The notes under the pieces were generated by a model. It had not been told where the DNA came from, searched no databases, and saw only the letters and a list, made by a program, of their open reading frames with translations. Source: Thermodesulfobacteriota bacterium (GTDB taxonomy: Bacteria; Desulfobacterota_D; UBA1144; Nemesobacterales; Nemesobacteraceae). From it: a stretch of DNA of 64,000 nucleotides. Below, piece after piece: positions 38,936 through 51,041 of the stretch. The stretch lies in contig OY763921.1 of NCBI GenBank assembly GCA_963667625.1, forward strand, positions 802,241-866,240, written 5' to 3'. The translations under genes and the position numbers were made by a program. How positions within the stretch are numbered: the stretch's first letter is position 1; every line of letters begins with the position of its first letter.

Positions 38936-39334
38936 TTAGGGCGACACGCAATTGAAAGTTTGTCGTGGCGGAATCTGCTTTCCATCAGTACCCGAGAAAT
39001 CATAGTATGTTCCTCGACCACTTGGATCAATGACAAAGGAGTAAAGGTATGGATCCCCTATTGATTCATCACCGAAATCCCACCGTCTATCAAACCCTTC
39101 AATCTTAAAAGATGCTTTGTGAGTGATTCCAGCTACCGACACCTCACCAAGTCCAGACTTCTCGCCATTTCTTGCTACTCGAGTCAGTTTGACCACGGCT
39201 GTTTTCTTGTCAAAGTCATATGTACCAAAGCATCGCCATTTCTCAGTTGTGGTGCCACTACTTTCTTGTGCTTGAACAGGGATACAGATTCCCATCAGCA
39301 CGACACACACAACAAGTCTTAAAATCATTCTCAT
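38936..39334 (-). CDS. Secreted hypothetical protein (signal peptide MRMILRLVVCVVLMGICIPVQAQE) in an AT-rich insert
   Basis: ORF with a signal peptide. The track ORF start at 39385 is probably too far upstream. No homology recognised. Confidence 0.4.
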   Translation of the reverse strand: MRMILRLVVCVVLMGICIPVQAQESSGTTTEKWRCFGTYDFDKKTAVVKLTRVARNGEKSGLGEVSVAGITHKASFKIEGFDRRWDFGDESIGDPYLYSFVIDPSGRGTYYDFSGTDGKQIPPRQTFNCVSP

Positions 39335-39676
39335 AATGGGAACAATACATCTAAGGCCTTTCAAAATCAAGCTCATCAACACCAATAGCTATAGTTTGAA
39401 AAAACTTTAGAAAATACTCAGAGAAGAAGTTGGAGGTGTCGCTTGGTCACCACTAGAGTATGCGAGGATAGCTGCCATTCTCCTACTGTGGAGTTTTGGG
39501 CTCAGAGATTTGTCAGCAGTTGCCGGTAGTATTTGCCACATACTCTTAATGATGGAATTTACCGAATGATTAACAGGGATCAATAGAAATTATGCTAGCT
39601 TATTTTTGCCGCTTTTAGCCTATAGAAAAAGTGATCAAAACATTTTTGCAATCACAGCGATTAAGTCTTGGGGACA

Positions 39677-40561
39677 TTACGAGGTTGCGCTTTTGAGCGC
39701 TTCTCCCATCTCGGCCGGGCTTTTGCAGGTGGTGACTCCGGCGCGCTCAAGTGCCCGGAACTTGTCTTCGGCGCTTCCCGAGCCCCCTGAAATGATGGCT
39801 CCCGCGTGACCCATTCTTTTTCCCTTGGGCGCCGTGGCCCCGGCAATGAATGCGGCTATGGGTTTCGTGAAGCTCCGGCTTATGTACTCGGCAGCCTCTT
39901 CTTCGTCAGACCCGCCGATTTCCCCTATCATTATCACCGCGTCTGTGTCCGGGTCGTTCTCAAAGAGCGAGAGCGCGTCAATAAACGTGGTCCCTATAAC
40001 GGGATCGCCGCCTATGCCGATGCACGTCGACTGTCCTATGTCGAGGTTGGTAAGCTGCCAGACGGCCTCGTAGGTAAGTGTTCCGCTTCTTGAGATTATC
40101 CCGACTCTTCCGGGTTTATGTATGTAGCCCGGCATTATTCCCACCTTAGCCTCTCCGGGGGTTATAACGCCCGGGCAGTTGGGTCCGACGAGTCTTGCAT
40201 CAGAACCCCTCATGTATTCCTTTACCCTTACAATATCCAGGGTGGGTATCCCCTCGGTTATGCAGATTACGAGCTTTATGCCTGAATCAAGGGCCTCTAG
40301 CATCGAATCCATAGCAAACGCCGCTGGAACGAACACAAGGGACACGTCCGCTCCGGTTTCCCGCACCGCTTCGGACATGGTGTCGAAAACCGGGAATCCT
40401 TCGACGCTGCTTCCGCCTTTTCCCGGAGTGACGCCGCCGACAACATTGGTTCCGTACTCGCGACACTGGGTCGCGTGGAAAAGCCCGGCGCTTCCCGTTA
40501 TTCCCTGCACCAAAACTTTTGAGTCTTTCTTTACGAGAATGCTTATTTCCCGGTCCTCCAC
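39677..40561 (-). CDS. sucD: Succinyl-CoA synthetase alpha-subunit-like CoA-binding protein (likely GTG start at 40561; track ORF extends to 40777)
   Basis: The Rossmann/CoA-binding N-terminus [12 protein letters not shown] and the phosphohistidine loop [10 protein letters not shown] are present. No sucC is present upstream. Confidence 0.7.
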   Translation of the reverse strand: MEDREISILVKKDSKVLVQGITGSAGLFHATQCREYGTNVVGGVTPGKGGSSVEGFPVFDTMSEAVRETGADVSLVFVPAAFAMDSMLEALDSGIKLVICITEGIPTLDIVRVKEYMRGSDARLVGPNCPGVITPGEAKVGIMPGYIHKPGRVGIISRSGTLTYEAVWQLTNLDIGQSTCIGIGGDPVIGTTFIDALSLFENDPDTDAVIMIGEIGGSDEEEAAEYISRSFTKPIAAFIAGATAPKGKRMGHAGAIISGGSGSAEDKFRALERAGVTTCKSPAEMGEALKSATS

Positions 40562-40758
40562 GATGAGTTTTTCAAATGAGGGGGAACTATAACATGCATA
40601 GTCCGTTTTTTCAAAATCCTTCGCTCCGGATTCAGAAACCTCGATATCCAGGGCTGCATATTCCTGAAACGGCCTTCCTTTTTTTTGAAATATCCGTTTT
40701 TCCGGGCTACAGTAACAAGACAGCCTCTTTAACTGTAATACGGCCACAAAACCCTGAA

Positions 40759-42021
40759 ATGAAAAACACCCGTTCATTTCTGTATTTTTTTATCCTGATC
40801 TGCATTCTGGGCTCTTCAGCCTGCCGGAGCAATGACTGCGCGGATGCTTCTCTCTGCATAGGGGTGCTCATCCCCGAGAGAATTTTTGACGGCAGCTATG
40901 ACACCAGGCGACAGGCGGTAGTCTCGGCCGTAGAAGATATCAATGCCGCAGGCGGTGATATAGAACTTGTTTTTGGCCGCGACACTGACCGTTCTTTTGA
41001 TTCTGATGCCCTAGGGAATCTTCTAAACAGGGGGGTCGACGGGATAATAGGTCCGACTACTTCTGCCGATTCCGTGAATCTTGTGGATGATTTTGCTAGA
41101 GCGAATATGGTCGCTATATCACCCTCGGCCAGTTCGGTTGAAATAAGCACTTTCGCCGATGACGGCTACTTCTTCAGAGTTATTCCATCGGACGCATTCC
41201 AGGCGCCCATACTTGCGAAGCTGGTAAAGCAGGCCGGGGGGAAACGCGCGGCCATACTGTTTCGTGACGACAGTTACGGAAGAAACCTCAAGGACGGTCT
41301 TGTCGAATCCCTTAAACAACTGGGAGTAAGCTCACTTGAGCCGATTGAGTACGGGGAAGGTCCCGAGGCGGCAGTAAATGCCGTGGTCAATGCGGTAAAT
41401 GCCGAGGATAATCCTGTAGATTCCATTATTCTCGCACTGTTCCGTGAAGGGGGAGCGAATCTTATGGCCAGCATGCTCAAGAGGGATGAGCTCAATGGAA
41501 GGGTGAGATACTACGGGGCGGATTCTTTGTCAATTGAGGGCTTTGCTGAAATAGTTGTCGCCCTTGACCCCGAAGTGCTCTCGCTTGAGGATATGGAAGG
41601 TTTTGTAACCACAATCGCGGGCCCTGATCCTTGCAGACGGGAAGACAGGAAGGAAGTTTTTGATGAAGCGGGAAGATATGCGAGACAGATATACGATGCT
41701 GTTGCGCTGATGAAGCTTGCGTCCATTAAAAGCGCGTCTTCGGATCCTGCCGTGTATGTCGGGGAAATGATAGGAGTAAGCAGGGATGGGACCAAATGCA
41801 GAACTTATGCCGAATGCGCGGGATTTCTCACCGACGGCGACAGTACCAACGATGATATTGATTATTCCGGCTTTTCAGGCGAGATTGATTTCGATGCTAA
41901 CGGCGACGTAACTAAGGCTTTTTACTACGTACACACTTATGATGACATGGGTGGAAGGCCTGACCCTGTTCTCGTTGACCTGGAAGGGAATCCCGTGGGC
42001 GAGTGTAAGACGAACGACTGA
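40759..42021 (+). CDS. ABC-transporter periplasmic substrate-binding lipoprotein, LivK/Peripl_BP_6-type (branched-chain amino acid-like)
   Basis: Lipoprotein signal [22 protein letters not shown]. The Peripl_BP_6 pattern [14 protein letters not shown] is present. Paralog of 61644-62957. Confidence 0.65.
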   Translation: MKNTRSFLYFFILICILGSSACRSNDCADASLCIGVLIPERIFDGSYDTRRQAVVSAVEDINAAGGDIELVFGRDTDRSFDSDALGNLLNRGVDGIIGPTTSADSVNLVDDFARANMVAISPSASSVEISTFADDGYFFRVIPSDAFQAPILAKLVKQAGGKRAAILFRDDSYGRNLKDGLVESLKQLGVSSLEPIEYGEGPEAAVNAVVNAVNAEDNPVDSIILALFREGGANLMASMLKRDELNGRVRYYGADSLSIEGFAEIVVALDPEVLSLEDMEGFVTTIAGPDPCRREDRKEVFDEAGRYARQIYDAVALMKLASIKSASSDPAVYVGEMIGVSRDGTKCRTYAECAGFLTDGDSTNDDIDYSGFSGEIDFDANGDVTKAFYYVHTYDDMGGRPDPVLVDLEGNPVGECKTND

Positions 42022-42140
42022 TAAGCTGATACAGGGATAATATCCGGCAAGCGAGTCCGGCATACATGGCGGCCGATCAACGGGTGATCAGGCGACTGGG
42101 GGCTAGCCGCTGTGTCGAAGACAAGATAAGACTGGCAGAA

Positions 42141-43013
42141 TTACTCTATATTCTGAATCTGCTCCCGTATTTTTTCCAGCTCGAGACGTATGCTTATGGT
42201 AAGGTGCGAGATCCCCGCGTCCTTGCATTTCGCCGATACCGTTCCCGCCTCCCTGTTCATTTCCTGGACCAGAAAGTCAAGCTCCTTCCCCACGGGACCC
42301 TTTTTCCTGGCGGTTTTCCTGAACTTTGAGATATGGGCTTCGAGCCTGACGATCTCCTCGTCAATCTCGCTTTTCTCCGTGATTATTGCCGCGGCTTCCT
42401 GGGATATTAGGGGGTCGTTCTTGTGCCTTGAGGAGAAGATTTTCTCGATTTTCTCCTTTGTCTTCTTGTCGGATTTTTTTACGAATTCCTTTCTTTTTTT
42501 CTTTATGCCGTCAACCGTTTTTTTTATGGCTTCCAGGCGCCCGAGTATGGCTTTTTCAAGTTTCTGTCCCTCGATTTCTCGGCTCTTGTTGAACTTTACC
42601 AGGGTTTTTGCGACCGTTTCCTTGATTCTGGCTTCCGTCTCCTTTGAGACCTCTGGTCCGGCGTGGCTTTCAAAGGAGTTCTCCATCATGAGCAGGTGCT
42701 CAATTCCTATCTCCGTTTTAAGTCCCAGGGAGGAATTGATTCTTTTAAGGGAACTGTGATTCTCCCGGAGAATCTTTTCGGATAACCGCTGTCTTTCCCT
42801 TTTGTTTGTCTGTACGGAGAGCCTCAGGCGGAGTTTTCCTCTCTGAATTGAGTTTTTCATCCTGTCCTCAATGGCCATCTCCATTTGGAGCAACGATTCG
42901 GGAAGGCTTGCCTTTACGTCGAGGAACCTGTGGTTCTCCGACCGCATGTCCACGACGATCTTTCCGATTTCCGTGTTTACGGATGATTCCGCAAAACCTG
43001 TCATGCTTTTCAT
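42141..43013 (-). CDS. yicC: YicC-family stress-induced protein (YicC-N + DUF1732)
   Basis: The N-terminus MKSMTGFA... is characteristic of the YicC family, with a long coiled-coil middle. Confidence 0.75.
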   Translation of the reverse strand: MKSMTGFAESSVNTEIGKIVVDMRSENHRFLDVKASLPESLLQMEMAIEDRMKNSIQRGKLRLRLSVQTNKRERQRLSEKILRENHSSLKRINSSLGLKTEIGIEHLLMMENSFESHAGPEVSKETEARIKETVAKTLVKFNKSREIEGQKLEKAILGRLEAIKKTVDGIKKKRKEFVKKSDKKTKEKIEKIFSSRHKNDPLISQEAAAIITEKSEIDEEIVRLEAHISKFRKTARKKGPVGKELDFLVQEMNREAGTVSAKCKDAGISHLTISIRLELEKIREQIQNIE

Positions 43014-43199
43014 GATAATTTCCTCTTTTTTTCTGTATCCGGTTTCTTTTTTCCCAAGCAGGATACCCGCAACGGGTTCCGCTTCGCAACCGCCGCGGGG
43101 TGCTCAAAGAAAACCGCGCCGCATATCGCCGAAACTTGCCTGCGCCATTTTTCTCATTTAACTTCTTACTTTATTCAGAGGATCTTCAGTTCCCGCTCT

Positions 43200-43679
43200 A
43201 TGAGAAAAGCTCATCTTTTCGTTCTGCCGTTGCTGCTTCTTTTTGCCTCCTGCGCCATTCCCGTGCGAAGTCAAGACGCAAGAAGGCCGCAGCCCAAAGT
43301 TTCCGCCACCAGCGTCGTGAAATCTTTTCTCGAGGCGCTTAAGGAACGGGACTTTAAATCCGCTTACGAAAAGGTCTACATATTCAGTTCGGACCGCGAG
43401 GGTTATGTGAGCAGGTTTGAGCTTCTTTATGAGCGCTACGACATCAGGATAGTTGACTACAGGGTCCTGGCGACCCAGCTTTTCAGGGACAAAGCCATAG
43501 TGGTTGCGGAAGTGGAGGTTGACTACAGGGAACCGGGCGAAGACAAGCGTCAGAGGGCCAGATATACAAACCGCTACGATCTCTCCATACCCGAAAAAAA
43601 ATGGAAGATAATGAAGGACGAGTGCATTGAGAACTGCAGCTACGGACCGGAGGTTGAAGGCGGAGACGGAGGAAGCTAG
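43200..43679 (+). CDS. Hypothetical lipoprotein (DUF4878-like)
   Basis: Signal/lipobox LLLLFASC. About 160 aa. Confidence 0.45.
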   Translation: MRKAHLFVLPLLLLFASCAIPVRSQDARRPQPKVSATSVVKSFLEALKERDFKSAYEKVYIFSSDREGYVSRFELLYERYDIRIVDYRVLATQLFRDKAIVVAEVEVDYREPGEDKRQRARYTNRYDLSIPEKKWKIMKDECIENCSYGPEVEGGDGGS

Positions 43680-43680
43680 A

Positions 43681-45611
<1,931 letters not shown>

Positions 45612-45662
45612 TTGAAAAAACTAGCTTTTGTCACTACTTCAGCCCTTTTTCTTTTATCATGC

Positions 45663-45989
45663 ATGCCTCCCGGGACCGGGCAGGGAGGACTTGGGGGATC
45701 GACGTTCTCGGCCATACTTCCGTTCGTCGCCATATTCGCCCTTTTTTACTTTCTTATCATAAGGCCCCAGCAGCGCCAGAGCCGTGAGCGCAAGAAGATG
45801 CTCGCCGAGGTAAAGAGGGGTGACACCATTGTTACCACCGGCGGCATATACGGCAGGGTGATAAACGTCGACGGGGATGACATCACCGTCGAGATAGCTA
45901 AGGGCATCAACATAAAAATGGCCCGCTCCGGGATCTCGGAGAAGACCGATTCTGGGGCCGCTGAAGGCAAATCCAAAGGGGGCGGCTGA
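45663..45989 (+). CDS. yajC: Preprotein translocase subunit YajC
   Basis: A TM segment followed by IIRPQQRQSRERKKMLAEVKRGDTIVTTGGIYG matches the YajC pattern. Internal ATG start chosen. Confidence 0.75.
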   Translation: MPPGTGQGGLGGSTFSAILPFVAIFALFYFLIIRPQQRQSRERKKMLAEVKRGDTIVTTGGIYGRVINVDGDDITVEIAKGINIKMARSGISEKTDSGAAEGKSKGGG

Positions 45990-45993
45990 TTAG

Positions 45994-47595
45994 ATGAAAG
46001 GCGTGTCCCGTCTTTGGATTACCGTTATCGCTCTTTTCTCTTTTCTCTGCGTAATACTCCTTACGCCTACCTTCATGGGCGACAAGCTTCCCTCGTGGTG
46101 GGGGAAGGTTTTCTCAAGCAAGGGGATAAGCCTCGGGCTTGATCTTGAGGGGGGAATATTCCTTCTTCTGGGAGTGGAGACCGAAGAGGGCATTGAGCAG
46201 GAAATGCTCATAGTTGAGGAGGCCCTCGTATCGAAATTCAGGGAGGGGAGGATCCTCGTTAAGAACTCCTCTGTTTCGGACGGAACCCTTACGATCGGTC
46301 TTTTCCCGGGCGCGGATATGGACAAGGCGCTTGAGATCGCGCGCGACGAGTTTGAAGAGGTAGCGGATATAAATTCCGAAGGCTTCCTGGTCAGGCTCTC
46401 GATAAAACCGTCCTACGTGGACGAGCTTGAGCAGAACTCAATAGAGCGGGTGCGCCACATAATAGAGAACCGCGTCAAGGATTTCGGCCTCGTCGAGCCG
46501 AGCATACAGAAATCAGGCGACGACAGGATTCTGGTACAGGTGCCGGGAGCATCCAAAAAAGACAGACAGAGAATAGTTAACCTGATCAAAAAGACGGCCG
46601 TTTTGGAATTCAAGATCGTAAGAGCCGTCGGGGCATCCAGGGAGAACCTCGTCGCTGCCACCGAATCCGAGAACGAAAAGCAGGTCAGGGAAAAAGGACT
46701 TGCTATCCACGAAGGGGACACAGGGAACCAGAACGAGAGGTTTTTCCTAACCGAGAGGCTTGCGAGCGTGACGGGTGAATATATCTCGGATGCGCGGATA
46801 ACGTTTGATAATTACGGGAATCCCGCGGTCGGATTCACGTTCAGGGGCGAGGGCGCGAGCAAGTTCGGGAAGCTTACAGAGTCTAACATCGGCGAACGTC
46901 TGGCGATAGTTCTTGACGGCGTGATAAAGTCAGCTCCCACAATCCAGGACAAGATAACCTACCAGGGCACGATAACGGGCACTTTCACCCCGGAGGAGGC
47001 AAAAGACCTCGCGCTTATCCTGAGATCAGGTTCCCTTCCGGTTCCCGTGAGGGTTGAGCAGGAAAGGACCGTGGGTCCTTCCCTGGGGCAGGACTCGATA
47101 GAAAAGGGAAGATTCTCCATGATCGTCGGCGGCATACTTGTTCTGGTGTTCATGGTCTTTTTCTACAGGCTCCAGGGCGTGGTAGCGAACGCCGCACTGG
47201 TGCTCAACATACTTTTCATAATGGGTTTTCTCTCCGCTTTCGGCGTTACGCTTACGCTTCCCGGCATAGCGGGGCTCGTCCTCACGCTCGGCATGGCGGT
47301 TGACGGGAACATCATCATATTCGAGAGGATAAAAGAGGAGCTTGTTGCGGGGAAAACCGCAGTTCACTCGATTGAGACTGGATACGCGAGATCCGTCTGG
47401 ACCATACTTGACGCGAACGTAACGACGCTTCTTACGGCGCTTATACTTTTCTGGCTCGGCACGGGTCCCATAAAGGGCTTCGCGGCAACTCTTTCAATCG
47501 GAATAGTGTCGACCGTTTTCAGCAATCTGATTGTGGCGAGAGTTTTTACGAACATGCTTTACAGGGACAAAAAACTGACAGAGGTAAGTATCTGA
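45994..47595 (+). CDS. secD: Protein translocase subunit SecD
   Basis: Periplasmic domain plus the C-terminal 6-TM SecD_SecF domain (LTLPGIAGLVLTLGMAVDGNIIIFERI). Confidence 0.9.
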   Translation: MKGVSRLWITVIALFSFLCVILLTPTFMGDKLPSWWGKVFSSKGISLGLDLEGGIFLLLGVETEEGIEQEMLIVEEALVSKFREGRILVKNSSVSDGTLTIGLFPGADMDKALEIARDEFEEVADINSEGFLVRLSIKPSYVDELEQNSIERVRHIIENRVKDFGLVEPSIQKSGDDRILVQVPGASKKDRQRIVNLIKKTAVLEFKIVRAVGASRENLVAATESENEKQVREKGLAIHEGDTGNQNERFFLTERLASVTGEYISDARITFDNYGNPAVGFTFRGEGASKFGKLTESNIGERLAIVLDGVIKSAPTIQDKITYQGTITGTFTPEEAKDLALILRSGSLPVPVRVEQERTVGPSLGQDSIEKGRFSMIVGGILVLVFMVFFYRLQGVVANAALVLNILFIMGFLSAFGVTLTLPGIAGLVLTLGMAVDGNIIIFERIKEELVAGKTAVHSIETGYARSVWTILDANVTTLLTALILFWLGTGPIKGFAATLSIGIVSTVFSNLIVARVFTNMLYRDKKLTEVSI

Positions 47596-47605
47596 GGGTG
47601 CGCGA

Positions 47606-48517
47606 GTGCGAATTATAGGAAAACTGAACTACGATTTTGTGGATAAGATGGGGGGCGCGATGCGTATTTCCATTGCGCTTGCGGTTATTTCCATCGCTTC
47701 CCTGCTGTATCACCAGGGGCCTAACTGGGGGGTAGAGTTCACGGGCGGAACGGAGATACACATAAAGCTTGCTAAGAGCCTTGAGACCAATGTTTTAAAA
47801 GGGGAGCTTGCCGAGAGCGGTTTTCCCTCAGAATCGGTCCAGCGCTTCGGCCTTCCGGGCGATAACGAGCACCTCATACAGTTTGCTCCCGAACTTGCGA
47901 CCTTTGATCAGATAGGTGATTTTCAGAAAAGCCTTGAGGACCTTTTCGCAGAATCAGAGAATTTTCAGGGAGCTTCAATCCAGAGGATAGACTACATAGG
48001 TCCCAGGGTGGGGAAGGAGCTCATAACCAAGGCTCTTCTCTCCATACTGATTGCGTGCGTTGGCATACTCGGTTATCTGGTCTTGAGGTTTGAATTCGGT
48101 TTTGCCGTGGGGGCGGTTATCGCCCTTATTCACGATACCCTTATAACCGTTGGGGCCATATCGCTCGCGGACAAGGAGTTCACCCTTGCGATCGTAGCCG
48201 CGCTTCTGACCGTGATAGGTTATTCAGTTAACGACACGATCGTCATATTTGACAGGATAAGGGAGAACATGGGGAATTTCCCCGAAAAGGGCTTCAGGGA
48301 GCTTGTCAACGATGGAATAAGCCAGACGCTCTCGCGTACTTTGCTCACGGCTATAACGGTGTTCATAGTGCTCGTCCCGCTCTTTTTCCTCGGCGGCTCG
48401 GTAATACACGATTTCGCGTTTACCCTTATGGTAGGGGTAATCATAGGAACCTACTCATCGGTTTTCGTGGCAAGCGCTTTCGTGGTCTACTGGAGAAAAA
48501 GAAAGGAGACCATATAG
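47606..48517 (+). CDS. secF: Protein translocase subunit SecF
   Basis: SecF pattern (VEFTGGTEIHIKL...; AVDANVIIFDRIRE-like DTIVIFDRIRENM). Confidence 0.9.
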   Translation: MRIIGKLNYDFVDKMGGAMRISIALAVISIASLLYHQGPNWGVEFTGGTEIHIKLAKSLETNVLKGELAESGFPSESVQRFGLPGDNEHLIQFAPELATFDQIGDFQKSLEDLFAESENFQGASIQRIDYIGPRVGKELITKALLSILIACVGILGYLVLRFEFGFAVGAVIALIHDTLITVGAISLADKEFTLAIVAALLTVIGYSVNDTIVIFDRIRENMGNFPEKGFRELVNDGISQTLSRTLLTAITVFIVLVPLFFLGGSVIHDFAFTLMVGVIIGTYSSVFVASAFVVYWRKRKETI

Positions 48518-48632
48518 AAACCGCGCTTTGACGGATGCTGCGTCGAAAGCGGGCTCTGTGCTTTGATAATCGGTCTCATAACGGTTAAATATTTCCCGTT
48601 TTGCTTCTGAAAACACACAACTCGTTCACATT

Positions 48633-49652
48633 ATGCAAGAAGCGCTTCAGCAGATAAGAAACCAGATAGATTCTGACCTTGACTCGGTCTCTACGGAGGC
48701 CGATCTCGTCAGGGTGAAGGCAAGCTACGTCGGAAAGAAAGGATCTCTCACGCAGCTTCTTAAATCCATGAAAGATCTTCCCGCTTCCGAGCGCCGCCAG
48801 GCGGGCATTCTCATAAACGGGACCAAAAAGGAAATCGAGGATCTGATCGAGGGAAAATCCGACGAGATAAAGCGCAAAGTGATGGATGAAAAGCTCCTTG
48901 AGGAGGCAACCGACTTCACTCTTCCGGGGCGCGGAATGCCGGTCGGAGCCAAGCACCCCATAACCCAGGTGATGGAGCGCATCGTCTATGACTTCGAGAG
49001 AATGGGATTCGAAGTCGCCGAGGGTCCCGAGGTCGAGCTCGATTACTACAATTTCGAGGCGCTTAACATACCGAAAAACCACCCTGCAAGGGACATGCAG
49101 GACACTTTCTACATAACCGACAACATGGTCTTAAGAACCCACACCTCGCCGGTGCAGATACGGATCATGCAGACCCAGCAGCCTCCGGTGAAGATAATAG
49201 CTCCCGGAAAGGTCTACCGGTCCGACAGCGACGTTTCCCACACCCCTATGTTCCACCAGATAGAGGGTCTTCTCGTTGACAGAGGCATAACTTTCGGAAA
49301 TCTGAAGTCCGTCATCATTCAGTTCGTGAAACTCACTTTCGGTGAGAATACGAACGTAAGGTTCCGCCCGAGTTTCTTTCCCTTCACCGAGCCCAGCGCC
49401 GAGGTGGACATAGAGTGCCAGATATGTTCTGGAAACGGATGCAGGGTATGCAAGGGGACCGGCTGGCTTGAGATAATGGGATGCGGAATGGTCGACCCAG
49501 CGGTTTTCTCGAGCGTTAACTACAACACTGACATCTATTCGGGTTTCGCTTTCGGCATGGGGGTTGAGAGAATCGCCATGCTTAAGTACGGGATAAACGA
49601 CATAAGGCTTTTCTTTGAGAACGACGTAAGGTTTTTGAGGCAGTTCGTGTAG
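48633..49652 (+). CDS. pheS: Phenylalanine--tRNA ligase alpha subunit
   Basis: Class II motifs are present (FRPSFFPFTEPSAEVD, GFAFGMGVERIAMLKYGI). Confidence 0.9.
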   Translation: MQEALQQIRNQIDSDLDSVSTEADLVRVKASYVGKKGSLTQLLKSMKDLPASERRQAGILINGTKKEIEDLIEGKSDEIKRKVMDEKLLEEATDFTLPGRGMPVGAKHPITQVMERIVYDFERMGFEVAEGPEVELDYYNFEALNIPKNHPARDMQDTFYITDNMVLRTHTSPVQIRIMQTQQPPVKIIAPGKVYRSDSDVSHTPMFHQIEGLLVDRGITFGNLKSVIIQFVKLTFGENTNVRFRPSFFPFTEPSAEVDIECQICSGNGCRVCKGTGWLEIMGCGMVDPAVFSSVNYNTDIYSGFAFGMGVERIAMLKYGINDIRLFFENDVRFLRQFV

Positions 49653-49809
49653 TTTTCTCGCAGGAATTGCCGTTGGACGCCAAGTCTCGTTTTTATGACA
49701 TGAAATAGTGGTGTTTGTGAGTAGTGTCGGCAGTAACCATTGTCCTTGAGTTTCTAGCTCAACCTTGTATTCTAAGTCATTATAACACTTTTGTATCGCT
49801 TAATAGAGC

Positions 49810-50460
49810 ATGTCCATGGCCTCTAAGATACCCTACATGACGTCGACAGGATTGATTCCGAAGATATTGGAGAAAATTCAAAATGCGAGGCGGCCTGAAC
49901 GGTTCACCCAAGACTTCCTAGGAACAAAGCTCGGGCACAGCGGGGGCAGTGCACGAGCTATTATACCGTTACTAAAACGTATGGGATTTCTCGGGTCAGA
50001 TGGTGTTCCAACATTTCTATACGATCAATTCCGTAATGTCGAGACTCAAGGTTTCGCTGTTGCTGAAGGCATGAAGAATGCATTCAGTGAGCTTTTTGAC
50101 CGCAATGAATATATCTACGAAGTGTCTCGTGAAAAGTTAACAGGACAAGTAGTTGAGATCACTGGAGCAACTAAGAACGATAGAAGTACCACAGCTGTCG
50201 TCGGAACCTTTTTAGCATTGAAAGAGCTAGCAGATTTTGAGTACGAGGAGCCGGAGAATCCACTTCCTGAACCAAAATCAGAAGTGCCCCCTTTACCACA
50301 GCTTTCGAATAATGGTGAAAATGTGTCTCCGATTGGCAATAGAGATAACATTGAACTGAGAGTTGGGTATACAATCAATCTTAATCTTCCAGAAACCAAT
50401 GACCCCGAGGTTTTCACAGCTATTTTCAAAGCTCTTAGGGAAAACCTATTGAAAGACTGA
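49810..50460 (+). CDS. Hypothetical protein, 216 aa (DUF5343-like by memory); first gene of a coupled two-gene cassette in an AT-rich insert
   Basis: AT-rich ORF. Its stop TGA overlaps the ATG of the next gene (TGATG). The family call is tentative. Confidence 0.45.
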   Translation: MSMASKIPYMTSTGLIPKILEKIQNARRPERFTQDFLGTKLGHSGGSARAIIPLLKRMGFLGSDGVPTFLYDQFRNVETQGFAVAEGMKNAFSELFDRNEYIYEVSREKLTGQVVEITGATKNDRSTTAVVGTFLALKELADFEYEEPENPLPEPKSEVPPLPQLSNNGENVSPIGNRDNIELRVGYTINLNLPETNDPEVFTAIFKALRENLLKD

Positions 50461-51041
50461 TGCGTGCAGAAGAAGCGATTAAATTATTTGGGTTAAACAA
50501 TTTGACTATCGAGTCAAACATTCGACAGATAGAAAGGAAGTACGATATCAACCTTGGTCACAAGAAGGATAAGGAACAAAGAACAGATCAAACATATTAT
50601 CCTCAATTTGCCGAGCGTCTTCGAGCTGAAGCGTCTCGTATGTCGGCAAATTATACAATTTTCTACTGTCTTGAGAACAGTATCAGAGAATTAATTGTTC
50701 AACGGCTTGAAGAAGAACACGGCACTAACTGGTGGGACACGGCCGTACCAAAAGTCGTTCGTAGCAATGCTGAGAAAAATCGAGAGAAAGAACTATCATC
50801 AGGTGTTACTCCCCGTTCAACAGAGCTAATAGATTTCACAAATTTTGGGGAGCTGGGGGAAATCATTAAGGCTAATTGGGACATTTTTGGTGATATGTTT
50901 CGCGATGTTCGAGCGGTCGAAAAGGTTCTGGCAACGCTTAACACATTGCGTGCGCCCATAGCACACTGCAAAACACTCGCAGAGGATGAGGAATTACGAC
51001 TGCATCTTGGCCTGCGCGACTGGTTTCGCCAGATGGAATAA
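50460..51041 (+). CDS. Swt1-like HEPN-domain protein (putative RNase), 193 aa
   Basis: Rx4H motif in LNTLRAPIAHCK, embedded in a predicted all-alpha protein. Translationally coupled to the upstream gene. Confidence 0.5.
   Translation: MRAEEAIKLFGLNNLTIESNIRQIERKYDINLGHKKDKEQRTDQTYYPQFAERLRAEASRMSANYTIFYCLENSIRELIVQRLEEEHGTNWWDTAVPKVVRSNAEKNREKELSSGVTPRSTELIDFTNFGELGEIIKANWDIFGDMFRDVRAVEKVLATLNTLRAPIAHCKTLAEDEELRLHLGLRDWFRQME

Noticed and set aside
39562-40777. Long form of the sucD-like ORF (366 aa)
   Set aside because: The N-terminal 72 residues have no domain character and overlap the neighbouring gene's regulatory and signal-peptide DNA. An in-frame GTG restores a canonical SucD N-terminus.
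42190-42759. 189-aa plus-strand ORF
   Set aside because: Antisense within yicC. The low-complexity S/F-rich translation is an artefact.
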